This document shows, piece by piece, positions 61,591 to 64,000 of a stretch of DNA of 64,000 bases (position 1 is the first letter of the stretch; every line of letters starts with the position of its first letter). Where the stretch lies: NCBI GenBank assembly GCA_977017575.1, contig CDRNVI010000144.1, positions 374,510-438,509 of the forward strand, in the 5' to 3' direction. The position numbers and the translations under genes were made by a program. The stretch is from Paramoeba atlantica (taxonomy: Eukaryota > Protista > Discosea). The notes beneath the pieces were generated by a model. It worked only from the letters and a program-made list of their open reading frames with translations, made no database searches and was not told where the DNA came from.

Positions 61591-63750
61591 GAAGGAGGAT
61601 ATCCTCATGATTCAATCTATTATTAAAAAGAAAGAAAACCTGATCACCAACCAACTCAAGAGTTCTTGTATTTGGAGAGTTAATCATGATGCCCATTTGT
61701 GGGGGATCAAGATCAAACTCTCTTTTCAAGTTTCAGAGAATGAGTGGATTTACAATTTATTCAATAGAGAACCACCTTCCCTCTCTCAATCTCAAAGAAG
61801 TGGTACAAGTCTCTGAGGACTGCATCATCATCTTCTACAAATCCATTCCCCTCTCTCTAGTTTGCTTTATTGCCAAGACCAAAGAATTCATCCAAATCAA
61901 TATTTTGATTAAAGCCAAGTGTTCCATTTGAACACCAATCAAACCATACCACCTCCTTATTGAGTGCCCCCTCTGTGGGGTGAACCATCTTGCAAGCCTT
62001 ACTTGCACTGTAGAGATTATTCAGAAACAAGGAGAGGATGCCATCAGCAAGCTTTTTGAAGAAGAGCAACAAAGCTTTAGTCTTGAGAAAGACCAAATCA
62101 TGATCACAAATGCAAAGAAGTATGAAGAAATGAAATTTATTGATGAAAAAGAAACATCAACTAAAGAACAGTGCCTTAAGGAAAAAGATAAAATTGCTGA
62201 AATGGAGAGTGAGAAGAAAGAAATGAGCAAAGGCTCTAAAACACAAGGTAAGAATGAACAAAAAAAGAGGGAAGTGAATGAACAGGAAAGAAGGGAAGAG
62301 GATGGTGATGGAGATATAATTATAATCAAAAGAAGAAAGACTGATAGTAAGGAAGAAAACAAGGAAGAAGAGAAGAGTGATGGGTCAGTTATAATGAAAA
62401 TCCCTTTGAAAGGAGGAAAGATTGAGGAAATAAGTTTTGGTATGAGTGAGAAAGCTTGAGCATGGCTGGGGGATCTTCCAACCCAATTCAGGTGGAAGCA
62501 GGGAATGAAAAAACTAAAAAAAAAGTTACAAACCTTGAAAATAGCAAATATGAATTACTGAACAAAAAGCTTCAATAAGTTTTAATTGAAACAGTTCAAT
62601 TTATTACTTCAAACACAGCTAAATTCAAGAAAAGACCAAGACAATTATCAGCAGAAGAAACAGGAGAAATAATCAATAAAGATAGAGAAAAAGTGAGGCA
62701 AAGCAAAAAGAAATTGAAAGGCAATACAAACAAAATGTTAGAAGCTAAAAAATTGAATATAATTTCCAAAACCATTCTTGCAGGGAAGGAAAAAAATAAC
62801 AAGATGAGAAATTCTAGAGGTGTTTTTTTCTCTTCTCCCTCCACTGATGTCCCCTCCCCTTCTCCTTCCACTGATGTCACTTCCCCTTCTTCCTCCACTG
62901 GTGTCCCTTCCCCTGCTTCCTTCACTGGTGTCCAGAGTGTTCCTCTCTCCAAAGATGTCCTTGATGGAGTTCCTGAATCACAAGCTAAAAAAATAACCCA
63001 AAAAAAGAACATTGTTACTGGCTTACAAAATCAGAAAAACATTACCTTTTTTAGTAATTTAGATGAACATAAATTTTCAACTTTTTCATTTGGTTCTCAT
63101 TCTGGCAATAGCCAAAAAATTGCTGATTCTCCCTTTTCCTCTTGTTCTTGGGATGCCAGTCTTGATGGAAGCTTAAAATCATCCCCAAATGACCCTTAGG
63201 AAAGCTTCTCTATTGTTTAAAAGGAAAAGAGGAAAAGTTTAAAGAAAAAAAGGAAAAAAAAAAAAGAAAAAACCAGAAAAAAAAGGAAAAAAGTTGAAAG
63301 AAAGTTCTAAGTTGGAAGTTAATTAAAAAAAAAAGAAAGAAATACTAAAAGATAGAGTGAAAGATGGTGAACAAAAAGAAAAAAAAAGAAAAAAAGAATA
63401 ATCAAAATATCAAAAAGTATGGATTCCTTTAATCTCCCCCCCTGAGATTTGATGCTCAACTTCAACCCTCTCCTTTGATGGTTGTCAATAAGTCCCAACT
63501 AATTTCTCAACTTCCTATTCCCCCCACCTTCCTCAACTTCCCTTTCCCCCAAGAGAGACTTTGTGATTTTCAAATCCTCTCTTTGAAATCTAACCCTCTT
63601 AATTTACTCCAAATTCAATGTTTTTCTTGTTTCCCTAACTTGAAAGTTCTCTCCTGGAATATAAACAAGCTTCAAAATAAAGAAAAACTCAAGATCTGTA
63701 AAAGAATAGCAACTAGTTCCTGCCTTCTATTCTTTTTTTTTTTCCACTAA
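61591..63750 (+). pseudogene. LINE ORF1 plus ORF2 start (mirror of 19561-21720)
   Basis: Reverse complement of the left-arm copy. Confidence 0.8.
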
Positions 63751-64000
63751 ACATCAGAAAATGCTATTAATTTATTAAGGTAAAAAACCATCATATAGAT
63801 AGAAAAGATAGTTTAGGTTTTATCAATTGGTAATATAGACATGGTTAATAATATTTAAATTAATTAATTCTTAGAATAGTTAGTTAATCTTCATCATCAC
63901 TTGGAGGAAGTTTACCTTCTTTAAAGATTACATATCTTTTTTTTTTTTTTTTTCTTTTTTTTCTGTTCTTTTCATTATCCAACATATTTTCACATAACTT

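Larger units (their letters stand above)
49912..64000. repeat. Right arm of giant inverted duplication (continues to the window end)
   Basis: See left arm. Confidence 0.97.

Overview
AT-rich eukaryotic DNA; the organism cannot be identified from the sequence. The first ~9.6 kb is host-like. It holds two spliceable minus-strand exons that each encode one LRR repeat, low-complexity introns, two adjacent MITE-like elements, a decayed copia fragment and unidentifiable exon debris. From ~9.6 kb onward the window is a nested retroelement graveyard. It contains two degenerate Ty3/gypsy elements, several copies of an L1-like LINE (ORF1; ORF2 = APE-RT-CCHC zinc finger-RNase HI-like), two apparent tRNA-derived SINE families with poly(A) tails and TSDs, a ~650-bp solo-LTR-like repeat and small satellites. 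The dominant structure is a giant inverted duplication. Positions 19311-33399 are the near-identical reverse complement of 49912-64000 (mirror coordinates sum to 83311), and the match runs to the window edge. Inward of the arms, identity falls in steps along two inverted LINE copies around a non-palindromic core. Each arm carries a complete young 6628-bp Ty1/copia element. It has 528-bp TG..CA LTRs, an ATCAT TSD, a PBS complementary to the anticodon arm of tRNA-Lys(CUU) and a single in-frame TGA in the integrase. All sequence comparisons and difference counts were done by eye and are approximate, not exhaustive.
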